64,000 nucleotides of DNA from Lytechinus pictus (Eukaryota). Both the position numbers and the translations under genes were made by a program. This document shows, in pieces, positions 37,001 to 47,336 of the stretch. The notes below the pieces were generated by a model. It was not told the origin of the DNA. It did not search any database and worked only from the letters and a program-made list of their open reading frames with translations. Within the stretch, counting starts at the first letter, position 1. Every line of letters starts with the position of its first letter. The stretch spans positions 2,234,001-2,298,000 of the forward strand of contig NC_087245.1 in the NCBI RefSeq assembly GCF_037042905.1. The letters are read 5' to 3'.

Positions 37001-40000
37001 TTGGAGCAAGTTAGCTTTTGTGAAAGCAGAAAAATCAAAGAATAAGATCAACAAAACTTTGAGTAAAATAGGACTAGCAATAAAAGAGTTATGAGCATTT
37101 GAATGTCGAGATCACTAATGCTATGGAGATCCTCCATTGGCAATGCGACCAAGATCTGTGATGTCACACACGTACAACTCTCCCATTCGGACACTGAAAA
37201 TATACCCCAAAACATCTCTTTTTGCTCATTCTAATCATATGACAAACGATTCATCAATGATATAATGTTGTGAAACCTCTGTACTTGTCATCTCATAAAG
37301 AAAACACCTAACCTTGTGATAGACTCTATAAAAGTGAGAATATAAGTGAAATAAGTACTAAAGTAATGAGGGAGTTGTACGTGTGTGATATCACAGATCT
37401 TGGTCGCATTGCCGATGGGAGGATCTACATGGCACTAGTGATCTCAATATTCAAATGCTCATAACTTTCTTAATATTCATTCAATCTTCCTCAAACTTTC
37501 AACAATATGTTTCTTTGATTTTTCTCTTTGATATGGATTCAGCTAGTTTCAAGGGTTTCATTCTCCTTTAAGTCTCGTTTATCCCTTTTTATCTTTCTCT
37601 TTATAATCATTCTCATCATTTATCCTATCTTCTCCTCCAATCAGAATGATGGTGCATTATCCCTGCCAAGCCCCACTCCTTCAGATTTCTACAAGACCCT
37701 GATGCAGGACACCGAATCAGGAGCTGATCCCAACTTACTCATGGATGCTGAGGATTACCTACAACCTATGAGCCTTACTGCACATAATCTCACCTATGAG
37801 AGTCAGCAAGGTTTCTTCCCACCAGTGAGTCCAACTTGTTACTCCCCGATTGATTCAGCACTCTCCTTACATCATCTTCTATCTCTTTCATTGCTCTATT
37901 TTGTTTTTGTTTATTTTAAAGCAAGAGATAAGATTGTAAAAATATAAAATAATTAAGGTCATATTTGTTAGAATTATTGATGATGATGATGATGTTAAGT
38001 AAGATGATGATGATGGTGACATGATTATTATATGATGATGGTGATGATGATGGTGATGACGATGATTCCCAGTTCTTGACAACTTTAATGATGATTTCTT
38101 AAAAGTGCTTCTATGTGGTGCCTTACCCATACCTTCTAAATGATGATCATATCAATACCATTTATCTTTCTCCTACCAGAATGGTGCTGCACCCATGTCT
38201 CCCTCTGGCAAGCCATCTGGTCCAGTGAGAAAGGATAGCAGTCTTCATCGCTACTGTCAAGATCCAACAGTCAAGGGAAATTTCGACAGGCAAAACAGTA
38301 ATATGAGTGGCACTGGTAAGATTGAGTGTTAATTTGTAATATTAATATTTGATTATTAATATTTTAATATTAAGTCAGTTACAATATATATATTCATATG
38401 GTTTTCCCTTTAGTTTTACATTTTAGTTTCTTACCTAACTTTATAAGATATGGATAATAGCCATTCGAAATATCTCTCATAACATTTACTGAAATTGAGA
38501 GACATAAAAAGTAATTTTTTCAGTCACTCCAACACTCAGATCAGAGATGATGAAATTCTCAATTCTTTCCTTTTATATAATACAATGTATTTCCAAATTA
38601 ACCTGATTTGATTCAAAGTTAAATTCACACTAAACTTTAAGAGAGTAATATTTTTTTCAATTTATATTTCCATAGGAAAATAGAAGCGAGACAGAAATGT
38701 ATCTTGCTTGATGAAAAGATGATTCATGCTCGTATCAACTATCCATTACTCATAAAAAATCTAATATCATGTTTATATGTCTAGCAGATATGCAGATAGA
38801 TTTTTGACACCCATTTTTGTAAATTATGTTTCAGATCCAAGTTTGAATGATGACTACCTGATTCCAAATGACAAGCTAGATAACTTGATGGAAGGTAATT
38901 ATTATTATAAAGGGATTGTTTTACCTTTGTGTTTAAGCCTGCCTATACCGACCTACGTATGGCAAGCCGATTGTTTTTTTTTTCATTTCTTGATGGAAGA
39001 ATTCATTTTTTATATCAAGAAATTGAATTCTTGTGACCAAGAATACATTTTTGTATGTATATTAGGAAATAAGATTAAATGGTAAAAATGGCTTTCCTTA
39101 CATAAGTTGGTTATCAGGAACTGGTTATCCCTGTAAAAAACCTCTGGAAGTTACATAATTTAGGAGTTAAGAGGTTGATATGTATCAATAAAAAAAAAGA
39201 AAAAAAATATGTGATTTGTTTCAATCCAAAAGTTTCAGGAGTCCTAGAGGTGAGTTGATATAAACCTTTTAAAGAGTTTTCAAATGTGATGTATGTACTT
39301 CCTGTTTTTCTCTTTTATTTTCCATTCAAGTTGCATAAATAATGAGATAACTTGCATTTTTATTTTTAAGTCTGATTTTTATGAAAAGAGAGGAAATTAA
39401 TTTTCCAAAGCAAACAAACAATAACCTGATTTACCACTACAATTCAAAAGAGTTTTTATTTGATATACTAGTAAGGCAATGAGTTAATTAAATGATCAGT
39501 GCAATTCTTGAAATGAAATTATTTAAATCTTACAGTACACATTAGTGAATATGCAAGCTTGTTGGTTGCTTATTTATCAAGAAAGATTCAACATTTTGCA
39601 AAGAAGGATATTATGTAATTGTGAGGGTCACAATAAAAAAGTCAAATAAAATGAGATAAAAGATAAGAGTTGTCTTTTTTTAATTTGTGTAGAAGAGCAT
39701 GATTACCAGAACGACCCCCGAAGACCAACAGACCTTGGTGATAACTACCTCCCTCTGAATGATGGAACAGGTTCTCAACCGATGGTAGCTGGTATGATGG
39801 ATAATCTAGAATATCATGCATTGATGGATCAAGCATCACAGGGAGCTAAATCACCCAAGACACCTACTATACATACTGGTGATCCATGGACACCTATGCA
39901 ACAACAACACCCTCATCTGATGGCAAGACAACATAGCACGCCCTCACAGCCAAGAACACCACCAGGTTACGGCCCCATGTCACCAAACGTAAGCACAAGT

Positions 40001-40210
40001 ACCCCTCTTCTTGGTGATGTGTCCTTTGAGGGGCCTGTACCAATCGGTGCTCCCATCATGAATGGACAAAATGGGAATCACAAAGGCCTTTACCGCTCAC
40101 CCCCACCCTCCGTTAGTTCTGGAAGCCTTGGTAGGAATTCAACAAGGGGTAGTGAGAATGACTATGTCAACTCTGATGTGGTGACGGATCGTGGCGAGTC
40201 TACTGTCTGA
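3807..40210 (+). CDS. EGFR: EGF receptor (ErbB-family receptor tyrosine kinase), spliced CDS, 5'-incomplete; 29 exon positions, one with two alternative exons
   Basis: Manually joined GT-AG exons keep one frame (4460 nt with exon 9a, plus 1 nt from the missing exon). Architecture: L1, furin-like Cys-rich, L2, extended Cys-rich, TM, kinase ([29 protein letters not shown]), Tyr-rich tail. Several exon sizes (119, 142, 133, 186, 156, 76, 147, 98) equal the human EGFR exon sizes as I recall them. Confidence 0.97.
4982..5247. mobile_element. Non-autonomous DNA transposon (hAT-like MITE)
   Basis: TIRs CAGGCGCGGATCCAGG / CCTGGATCCTCCCCTG; ATTAAAC duplicated on both flanks. Confidence 0.8.
5353..5490 (+). 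CDS. EGFR: EGFR exon 2 (end of L1)
   Basis: ttgcag|...|gtgagg; [25 protein letters not shown]. Confidence 0.93.
5805..5870 (+). CDS. EGFR: EGFR exon 3 (Cys-rich domain II)
   Basis: acacag|...|gtgagt; [22 protein letters not shown]. Confidence 0.93.
6292..6410 (+). CDS. EGFR: EGFR exon 4 (domain II)
   Basis: ctatag|...|gtgagt; [26 protein letters not shown]; 119 nt. Confidence 0.93.
6857..6998 (+). CDS. EGFR: EGFR exon 5 (domain II, dimerisation arm)
   Basis: ccttag|...|gtaaga; ACRQF...[33 protein letters not shown]; 142 nt. Confidence 0.93.
7475..7576 (+). CDS. EGFR: EGFR exon 6 (domain II)
   Basis: tttcag|...|gtaagt; [33 protein letters not shown]. Confidence 0.92.
8630..8747 (+). CDS. 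EGFR: EGFR exon 7 (start of L2/domain III)
   Basis: taacag|...|gtgagc; CEGIG...[13 protein letters not shown]. Confidence 0.92.
8782..8893. mobile_element. Short MITE related to the 4982 element
   Basis: TIRs CAGGTGTGGATCCAGCTGGATTAGAC / GTCTAATACGGCTGGATCCGCGCCTG. Confidence 0.7.
9703..9867 (+). CDS. EGFR: EGFR exon 8 (L2)
   Basis: tttcag|...|gtaagg; [17 protein letters not shown]...[10 protein letters not shown]; ends in phase 2. Confidence 0.93.
11040..11251 (+). CDS. EGFR: EGFR alternative exon 9a (C-terminal half of L2), mutually exclusive with 9b
   Basis: ccacag|...|gtaagt; phase 2 in, phase 1 out; [70 protein letters not shown]. Confidence 0.88.
11357..12901 (+). promoter_or_regulatory. 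Cluster of TGCATG (Rbfox/Fox-1 binding) intronic splicing elements
   Basis: 2 copies after exon 9a (11357, 11370); 12 copies in 12093-12901 after exon 9b. Confidence 0.7.
11722..11927 (+). CDS. EGFR: EGFR alternative exon 9b (C-terminal half of L2), mutually exclusive with 9a
   Basis: atttag|...|gtgagt; phase 2 in, phase 1 out; [68 protein letters not shown]. Confidence 0.88.
15455..15696 (+). CDS. Candidate alternative terminal exon of EGFR (truncated ectodomain isoform)
   Basis: Pyrimidine tract + ttccag acceptor, in frame (phase 1) with exons 9a/9b; ~80 codons to TAG; AATAAA at 16191. Confidence 0.35.
16986..17179. mobile_element. MITE
   Basis: Perfect 17-bp inverted ends CTAAGACCCCTGTTACA / TGTAACAGGGGTCTTAG; CpG-rich interior. 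Confidence 0.8.
18336..18446. repeat. 37-bp tandem repeat, 3 perfect copies
   Basis: TACCTTTCACTGAAAGATATAACTGTGTAACCAGTTA x3. Confidence 0.95.
20642..20774 (+). CDS. EGFR: EGFR exon 10 (domain IV)
   Basis: atgtag|...|gtgaga; [22 protein letters not shown]; 133 nt. Confidence 0.93.
20848..21707. mobile_element. Tc1/mariner-pogo-like non-autonomous element, copy 1
   Basis: TA|GGGGAAGGCGGGGTAAGTTG ... CAACTTACCCCGCCTTCCCC|TA; repeated GGGCAAGTTGAGCCA motifs. Confidence 0.88.
21761..22340. mobile_element. Kolobok/T2-like foldback MITE, copy 1
   Basis: TTAA|AGGGGAATTAAACCTTTGGAACAAG; long inverted arms (GGCAATGCGACAAAGATGTGTGATGTCAC and its complement). Confidence 0.8.
22351..22933. mobile_element. 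Kolobok/T2-like foldback MITE, copy 2 (tandem with copy 1)
   Basis: Same sequence family; TTAA flanks. Confidence 0.82.
23223..23310 (+). CDS. EGFR: EGFR exon 11 (Cys-rich)
   Basis: ttccag|...|gtgagt; [16 protein letters not shown]. Confidence 0.9.
23824..23987 (+). CDS. EGFR: EGFR exon 12 (Cys-rich)
   Basis: catcag|...|gtaaga; [15 protein letters not shown]...[11 protein letters not shown]. Confidence 0.9.
24414..24495 (+). CDS. EGFR: EGFR exon 13 (Cys-rich)
   Basis: gtgtag|...|gtaagt; [16 protein letters not shown]. Confidence 0.9.
25203..25298 (+). CDS. EGFR: EGFR exon 14 (Cys-rich)
   Basis: ttgcag|...|gtaagt; [32 protein letters not shown]; phases fit neighbouring exons. Confidence 0.85.
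25574..26426. mobile_element. Tc1/mariner-pogo-like non-autonomous element, copy 2
   Basis: Colinear with 20848-21707; same TIRs and TA flanks. Confidence 0.88.
26542..26679 (+). CDS. EGFR: EGFR exon 15 (Cys-rich)
   Basis: caacag|...|gtgagt; [23 protein letters not shown]. Confidence 0.9.
27217..27318 (+). CDS. EGFR: EGFR exon 16 (Cys-rich)
   Basis: ctctag|...|gtaagt; [23 protein letters not shown]. Confidence 0.9.
28196..28485 (+). CDS. EGFR: EGFR exon 17 (Cys-rich)
   Basis: caccag|...|gtgagt; [25 protein letters not shown]. Confidence 0.9.
29396..29531 (+). CDS. EGFR: EGFR exon 18 (transmembrane helix)
   Basis: ctaac branch-like motif at ~29368; taacag|...|gtgagt; [28 protein letters not shown]. 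Confidence 0.92.
30264..30302 (+). CDS. EGFR: EGFR exon 19 (39-nt juxtamembrane exon)
   Basis: tttcag|...|gtaagt; [13 protein letters not shown]; phase 0-0. Confidence 0.75.
30423..30942. mobile_element. Non-autonomous element with two abutting inverted-repeat pairs (possibly Crypton-like)
   Basis: ~180-nt hairpin 30423-30600 centred on CGAGGCGTTAGCCGAG; second pair TTGTACAACGCCT / AGGCGTTGTACAA. Confidence 0.6.
31327..31536 (+). CDS. EGFR: EGFR exon 20 (juxtamembrane PLTPS + kinase P-loop)
   Basis: ttacag|...|gtgggt; PLTPS...[28 protein letters not shown]. Confidence 0.97.
31912..32097 (+). CDS. EGFR: EGFR exon 21 (kinase hinge)
   Basis: tcatag|...|gtaaat; [11 protein letters not shown]...LITQLMPLG; 186 nt. 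Confidence 0.96.
32157..32246. mobile_element. PIF/Harbinger-like MITE
   Basis: CTG|GGACCCATTGCATAA ... TTATGCAACGGGCCC|CAG. Confidence 0.6.
32740..34880. repeat. ~125-bp minisatellite interrupted by a LINE insertion
   Basis: Units containing CTGCCACCAA...GGTCAGATTACAC...GGTACCT...CCAGTGAATT at 32740-32970 resume at 34629-34880. Confidence 0.8.
32972..34628 (-). mobile_element. 5'-truncated LINE (CR1/L2-group) with long 3'UTR
   Basis: ORF 34257-34616 ([14 protein letters not shown]...LSERQKKLC...YSLRR) resembles an ORF2 C-terminus; 3' stem-loop CAGCC-TTTT-GGCTG and AATAAA near 32983-33025 on the - strand. Confidence 0.8.
34977..35132 (+). CDS. EGFR: EGFR exon 22 (catalytic and activation loops)
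   Basis: tcacag|...|gtaagt; [22 protein letters not shown]...[10 protein letters not shown]; 156 nt. Confidence 0.97.
35601..35676 (+). CDS. EGFR: EGFR exon 23 (kinase)
   Basis: attcag|...|gtaagt; [10 protein letters not shown]...SDVWSF; 76 nt. Confidence 0.96.
36092..36238 (+). CDS. EGFR: EGFR exon 24 (kinase)
   Basis: ttgtag|...|gtaagt; [11 protein letters not shown]...[20 protein letters not shown]; 147 nt. Confidence 0.96.
36610..36707 (+). CDS. EGFR: EGFR exon 25 (kinase end)
   Basis: gattag|...|gtgagg; [12 protein letters not shown]...DPQRYLVIQ; 98 nt. Confidence 0.95.
36986..37567. mobile_element. Kolobok/T2-like foldback MITE, related copy 3
   Basis: TTAA|AGGAGAATGAAAC ... GTTTCATTCTCCT|TTAA; arms homologous to the 21761 family. 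Confidence 0.85.
37645..37824 (+). CDS. EGFR: EGFR exon 26 (C-tail)
   Basis: aatcag|...|gtgagt; [14 protein letters not shown]...MDAEDYLQP. Confidence 0.92.
38180..38315 (+). CDS. EGFR: EGFR exon 27 (C-tail, RYCQDPT resembling the Cbl site)
   Basis: taccag|...|gtaaga; [12 protein letters not shown] resembles human QRYSSDPT. Confidence 0.88.
38835..38894 (+). CDS. EGFR: EGFR exon 28 (C-tail)
   Basis: tttcag|...|gtaatt; [20 protein letters not shown]; phase 1-1. Confidence 0.8.
39693..40210 (+). CDS. EGFR: EGFR last coding exon
   Basis: gtgtag|; DYQN, NLEY and DYVN motifs; ends GESTV-TGA. Confidence 0.9.
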
Positions 40211-43200
40211 TGAATGGACAGATGTACTTTCAAAAAGGCCATGGCTTCCTTGCATAAAACTATTTTACGTTATGGCCAAGCGTGCACTCTTTCCCAGATG
40301 TCGACTGATCCATCACAGGCAGAAGAATGGATATACAAATTTAGAGAAAAGACTCATTACTTATACTTCAAATATTTTTTATGTAATGATTTTCAAATCA
40401 TGTTCAAATTATACCGTTTTCATGAGCAACTTTATAAAGTATTTAGTATCTGTATGTTTGTGCCAATAGTGTGAAAAAGAAATTGACTCAAGTTTGGTTC
40501 AAGAATTAAGCTGACTTATCACAAACCAAAGCATATTTATTCTCTTAATTTCCTTGTAAAAGAAGGAGAATGGATATATTTTAATTGTGTCCAAATTATT
40601 GATTGTTTAGGACCGAATCAAAAAGTGAAGTTAATGGTGAACAAATTTTTCAGCTCACCAATCTTTGATCATTTATTTTATTAAGTGATGAATAGGAGAA
40701 ACATATGTAAAGTATTGAATGTGTCATCTCAACTATGTTTGAAGAATTATCCAGTACTCTTTGAAACCACAATTGTTTTTATGTGTCCTTAACATGTTGT
40801 ATGTAGAAAAAATTTATTTCACCCGAATTGTAGCCATAAGGTATTACTAAAAATTGTGAAGTACTAACGTACATATTTTATCATGTTTAATTGTACTTAA
40901 TTTTAGAAATGTTGTCTTTTAATTTTTTCAAAGTTATTTTTAAAATCCAAGAGCTGATTTCCTAACATTGATAATAGTTGTCTCTGAGTGGTACCAATTA
41001 TCCATTATGAAAACCTACTTATTTTCTTGGGATGTAATTACTTGACATTATCAGTCTTGCACAGAACAGCGTCCTGCTTTGCCCCTTTTTCATTCAAATA
41101 GACAATGAAAGAAGCTAAGATTTTTGGATTTATGATTGTTGTGAAGAACAATGCCAACTGCAAGTGGAAAACAACATGTATATGTATGCACAATATGTCA
41201 CCAAATAACTATTTTAACTTTTTTTAAAGATCGAAATATGTTTACTATGAAAAAAAGTGATTAAAATATATAAATATTTGTATGACATATAAATGTAAAA
41301 AAATTATCTATAGTGTCAGGACTTCTTAATTGTTGAAATATTCAGATGCATCTATTAAATCTATTTTTGATCTATTTATAAAACAAATAATCATATGTGT
41401 TTCTTTGTACAGTACATTAACTTAAGAGTTCAGGTGCTTCATTCAGTATATGTACATGTATGTCTCACTAATGATTTCTTCCAACTATTGATATCACGTT
41501 CAACTCATTTTTTTTCTTCTTTCAACTAATTTACCATAGTATTTTACACCATATTCTCAGAAAAATTTGAGATGCAGTGCAACAGTCTGTATTTGAGTAA
41601 TATTATTGTAGAATTTTGCATAATCTGTATGTATTGTTGACTTATTTTTGTGTCAAATAGTACTATGTAAATGATTTAGTGTTGTATCTTTTTTATCACT
41701 GCCAGTGTAAGAACAGTCCTACTGTTAGTTCTACAGTAGAACTAATTATGTATGTATGCATTGTGGTATGTGTTGTGTACCCTTTCATAAAATATTTGAA
41801 GATATTTTTATTGATATTGCAGCTGACATGTTCATCTGTAATGAATCACTGGTTAGGTCTGAAAAAGTTGTCAGTTTTTAGGTAAACAGTAACAACCTAC
41901 TATTGAGAATGAAAAGTAGCATGAAGAGGAAGTAACATAGGGGAATTTCCTCATACTAAAAGAACAAAAAGAATAATGTTGATGGGTGCATCAGATAAAT
42001 CAGAAGTTAGCATTGATGGTGTTTTTAAAATTGTAAATTTGAGGTTTGCGTTTGGATTTTTAACTGGTTGAAATGTGTTTGTAATACAAATATGGTCTCT
42101 GCAATATGTCCCATGCCATGTACATGTATGAAAGAGATACTGCAATCTTGCGATGTGTATCTTACAATATAGTATATAGTCTATTCCAAATAATATGAGG
42201 AAAATGATTGATCCCGTGTTAAGTTTCATTTGAACGTTATAGATGTACTTCCCAGCATTTCCTCAATTTTTAACTCTGATATTGTCTTAGGAACTTAACA
42301 AGTTAACATACAAGTCTCTCTTTTTTTATTGATTCAAAAGAAAAACATATTTCTTGATGTTTGTATATTGTCCTCTTTGAAACAAAGTGGTTAATTTTTC
42401 ACACAGAAGACTGTCAGATGTTGTATACTGGTGTTTAGGTATAAATTACCAATCCTTACTTAATTGACCATATTATCTACTTAATTGACCATAGATCTAC
42501 TTAATTGACCATAGATCTACTTATATTATGTCTTTCCAAAATACAAAAAAAAAAATAAAACAATTATATGACATTCAATTACACATATCTGAAATTTGAG
42601 ATTAATCAAAATTCAAATTGATTTTTTTTTGCCTCGAATTCCAAATTCTTGGTGTTTTCCAGTTTTATAGTTACTATATTTTTTGAGCTATTTTAACATA
42701 ATTCTATGGCTTTGCTGCATCCTCCACTGTTTCTTCAATGATGAAATGCAACGATTAACAATCAAAGACCTCTTGCAGGATTTCCACTTGAAAGATGCTG
42801 CTCTGACTCATGATAAGGTTCCTATACCTAGTTATGACTAAATGAATGGTTATGAAGGAATTACTTGTTTCTACAAATGTTATATGTTTCCTGTCTTTTC
42901 ATGTTCTTTTTAATTGCTTGTTAGAGATTGTTGATTTGGGCCAAATGTATGCATTATATTGCATGCTTGTATTCTCTGCAACAGTTGTACTCACATAACA
43001 TGTCATATGCAAATTTAAGGCATATGTTGATTTGTTAGTTCCTGAATTGTGTTTATAGATTATCATTTGTCCCTCATTTATGCCATTATTCTGATGCACA
43101 CTTGTTCTTAGTTCTACCATCTGTTTGCAAAGTGGTAGCAGGTTTCTAACATCTCTTGTTTGTTACTATAAAGGACAGACCATTTAATGAGAAAATATCT

Positions 43201-43764
43201 CCCCTTTTCTGTAAGAAAAACCTCCCAGGAATAAGAAAGATTAGAATGGTCAGATTACAGTGTATGAATGGTGACTTATTTTAAAAACACGAGTTGCATT
43301 TTTTTAAAAGATTTTTTTTAATGGATTTCCTTTGTCATTGAATGAACTGTTATAAGACTTTTTATTGCTCTTTGGAAAGGCTGGTGCAATCTACTGTAAA
43401 TTATTTTTATACATGTTTTTGGTTATTCTAGTCAGAGTAGGTCTCTAGCATTATTAGCTTCTGATATGTAATGTATGCAAGTCGATTTCAAGATATTCTT
43501 TCATGCCAGCCTAATAGGAAGACTATAAACCTGAGAAAAAAAAATATAAACCTGAAAGGTGGTCTTGATTGGGGATCGGTTGTTTCTGATTTTTATATTT
43601 CATCATCTTACAACATGATCAAATAGAATTGGTGGTGGGATATCAAACTTACATGCTTTCTTATGCAATATTTTATGTTATGTATTATGTAGCATATACC
43701 GTAGATGCTAAAGTAAAGTTATGGAATGCCTTAGATGTGGCCGAAAGCATGACAAAGAAACAGT

Positions 43765-44110
43765 TCTTCTTTCTTCTTCCAGAGTAAGGGCTTCTACAAG
43801 GTGATGAAGATAAACGCACTGGTTGAGTGTGTATGTTTGGAACTTTTCACATACTGTTATTTCATAAGCTCTTGTTCTTGTTGTGCAGGTGCGAATATAC
43901 TTGTGTAAGTAAAAACATTTTTGTTTGTGGTGTTTACCTTTGCATCCCTCTCAAGAAGGCCTTGAAGGCGGGCTTGAAAGCATCAACCGAGAGGTAATGG
44001 GCTGAATCCTGTCGGAGGTTGTTCCAGTCCTTACAGGTTCTTGGGAAGAAGAAAGAAGCATAGGCCTGACTGCTGCATGGGGTATCCTAAATCCAGATAT
44101 GTGCCCCCTA
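43765..44110 (-). mobile_element. CR1-like LINE 3' remnant
   Basis: - strand translates YASFFFPRTCKDWNNL; (GAA)n-like tail. Confidence 0.7.
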
Positions 44111-44124
44111 GTTGAGGGATTTTG

Positions 44125-44427
44125 TTGATGATAATGATGATGATGATGATGATGATGGTAATGATGATGATGGTAATGATGATGATGATGATGATGTTGA
44201 TGATGGTAATGATGATGATGTTGATGATGGTAATGATGATGATGATGATGATGTTGATGATGGTAATGATGATGATGTTGATGATGGTAATGGTGATGAT
44301 GATGATGATGGTAATGATGATGATGATGATGTTGATGATGGTAATGATGATGATGTTGATGATGGTAATGATGATGATGTTGATGATGGTAATGATGGTA
44401 ATGATGATGATGGTAATGAGTATGATA
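44125..44427. repeat. (GAT)n compound microsatellite
   Basis: GAT repeats interspersed with GGT/AAT/GTT. Confidence 0.97.
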
Positions 44428-44712
44428 ATTATCTTTATATGTTGTACATTTCTTTTGACTCTGAATATATTGGGTATAGTTTGTGTTCAGTTTGCTTTTA
44501 CATTATTTCAAGCTGGTGTTTCTTATTTACTGGGTTCATTCATGGTTAGCCTTTGTTTCTGACAAAATAACCGTCGATTGTCTATTGAAACTAATTACTT
44601 TATATAAGGCATATCAGCACAGAGGATTATCCTTTGTTCATCTATCGTTGCACACCCCCCCCCCCACAAAAGATTAATCTTTTGTGATGGGGGGTGGATG
44701 CAAAAATAGATA

Positions 44713-44878
44713 CACTGTAAAAAATGAAGTGCTAATTTAGCACTTACAGTGCTTGTATAGTGACTGCACTACGAGTGCTGATTTTCTAGTTCAAATTTAA
44801 ACTAGAAAATCAGCACTCGTAGTGCAGTCACTATACAAGCACTGTAAGTGCTAAATTAGCACTTCATTTTTTACAGTG
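44713..44878. mobile_element. Near-perfect palindromic MITE (CACTG termini, EnSpm/CACTA-like)
   Basis: TA|CACTGTAAAAAATGAAG ... CTTCATTTTTTACAGTG|TA; ~79-bp perfect arms. Confidence 0.85.
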
Positions 44879-45799
44879 TATCCTTTGCGTTGATGCCAAT
44901 GCTCAGGATTATCAGTAAAGCCAGAATTATTAAACTTGTGATTATTATTTGGTAGAAGAAAGTTACAGTTGTCCAGATAGTGGTAATATTCCATTGATGT
45001 AGGATTTGAATAAAACATGTTAGTATTGTGACATTATTTTTTGCAAACAACATTCATCTTTTGGGGAGAGGAATCAAATGAAGCTGTTTTTGTGGATCTT
45101 TATTCATATACATGAACATGTCATTTTTGAGGTGTTGTATTTAAGAAAGAAAGTTATCACTTTATGCTATGAGAATGTGTGTATAATTATTACTGTTTAA
45201 CAACATATTACATCATTGGGACTATCAAAATTAAAGTTCCTTTATTCATTTGCAGAAAACAATATCCTTGAATTCTTTTATTCTATGGTGTTTATTTTGG
45301 GGGTAGATTCAAGATTATGACAGAGGACCCAAAAGAATATTTAATATGTGTAGTTATTATGTTAACAATGAGAGACTAATACTCCTTGGCCAATTAAAAA
45401 CAAGGATTTGTATAAGTCGTCAGAGCTGACATTATACTATGGAATGTTGCAATTATGAGGAGTATTGATGGAGAGGGGGGGGGGGTACATAGAAAGAGAA
45501 TGATAGTGAAGAGGAAGAGAAATGTGAAAGAAAGTGGAAGAGATAATAAAACTTGATAAAATTAAGCTGTTGTTGAAATCAGAATGAGTTACAATAATGG
45601 TGATTGTGTTTGTTAAATGGGGAGTAATATCAACACCACATAGAACAAACCACAAAATAAATTGTTGAGTGTTTGACATTATGGGCAATCTAATTTGCAT
45701 AATTATCCAATTTCTCTCACAACCTGTTCAAATACAAATTTAGACCCTCAATTGTACATAATATTCAATGTGTTGCATATGATTGAAACCTTTTAATTT

Positions 45800-46480
45800 A
45801 TTAGGTAAAAATATATACATACATACATACAAGCCTACACAGTTTCCAAAGGTAAAAGCATATTAATACATTTCTAAAAGTTAGAATACAATGGAGGTAA
45901 CAACCCGGTACAATTCACTGACTTATAGACAGAAAAAAAGACACACACAAAAACTTATCCGTACAAAGTACATTACATAACAAGGGGAAAACAAAAACAA
46001 AACAGGGCAACTTTATATACATTATATCAAATGACACCATCAATTAATTGTCAACCAATCATCTCAAGACTTAAAATAAGCAACTCAAATTAGGGAGCGG
46101 GCGTAACTTTTTCTCCAAGTTTTGTCTTAAAGTAATTCAAAGATGGTACATTTCTGATGTCTTTAGATAATTTGTTCCTCTTTTTTTGGACCTATAAAAC
46201 AAATATGTTGATAAGAACACGTTCTGTGTCTTGGCAAATGTATAAAATGAAGAGGGTGTATTATATTTATAAAAATTCTGATTTGTATCAAAACAACTGA
46301 GAAAAATTAAGAGGCATAAACCGATTGATACACTAATAAAAATACATTGCTGGTAGGTTGCAATATCTTTTAAAGTAAGCAGTTTAAACTCAGAGTATAA
46401 TGTGCTAACTTTTGATCTTGGCCTGGCTCCAGCTATGATTCTATTTTTATTTTGTTTTGTAACTTTCTTTAGGTTACACT
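45800..46480 (-). mobile_element. Degenerate L2/Crack-like LINE 3' remnant
   Basis: - strand translates NKLSKDIRNVPSLNYFKTK near 46120-46178. Confidence 0.55.
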
Positions 46481-47030
46481 GAAATGCACTTCCAGGGCCC
46501 TGTATGGGAACAGTTTTTTAAGTGGGGTGCTGATCGATATAATTTCGAAAAAAAGGGTTTCACTACAAAAAGAGGGTCATTTTGGTTACATTTTCTCAAT
46601 CTACACATCTTCCAGAATACCTGGGCCTGGGGATGCTGCCTATGGAGAATAATACACCCACAATATTTTTTCTTTGGCCGGTGCTATCAGCACCCCCGGT
46701 TCCCAGAGCAATGTGTACTTCCCCAACTAAGTTATAATAATACAGATAAGGCAATACAAGTGTGGAATACAGTTCTATAATAATGGTAAAAATTCTGTTA
46801 CTTCTACTACTACTAGTAGTAATAAAAATAACGAGAAGAAGGACAAGGAGAATGAGGAGGAGGAGAAAGGAAGAAGACGAGGAAAGGGATTGGGAAGAAG
46901 AAGAAACGATAATGATATGGATTTTGTGAGACCCCCCTCAAAAAAAAAAAATATATGCCTATGTGTGTGTTATTGCAACACTTCTCTACCCCTGTGACTG
47001 TCTCTCTGGTGAATTATCGGATGGTCAAAT

Positions 47031-47335
47031 ACCACTTGGTCTACTTATCAGTTTGTCCAACTTCACATAGTCTAAACTCATTTCGTCAACACCAGTTCAG
47101 CTAATATCCAATTCGTCTAATTCCCACTTGGTCTAATATCCAATTCATCCAATTTCCATTTGGGTTAATAACCAGTTGGGCTAATTCTTACTTGGTCTAA
47201 TATCCAATTTGTCTAATTCCCACTTGGTCTAATATCCATTCGGTCTAATGACCACTTGGTCTAATAGCCAAATGGTCTAATGACCACTTGGTCTAATCGC
47301 CAATTGGTCTAATTCACACTTGGTCTAATGTCCAT
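47031..47335. repeat. ~15/30-bp degenerate tandem repeat
   Basis: CCACTTGGTCTAATATCCAATTCGTCTAATT-like units. Confidence 0.85.
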
Positions 47336-47336
47336 T

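Noticed and set aside
44112..44562. Poly-Asp and poly-Met ORFs
   Set aside because: They are translations of the (GAT)n microsatellite.
47031..47335. CRISPR-like array (also 50480-50672 and 55126-58934)
   Set aside because: Eukaryotic context, no cas genes, and no 25-40 bp identical repeats with fixed-length unique spacers.
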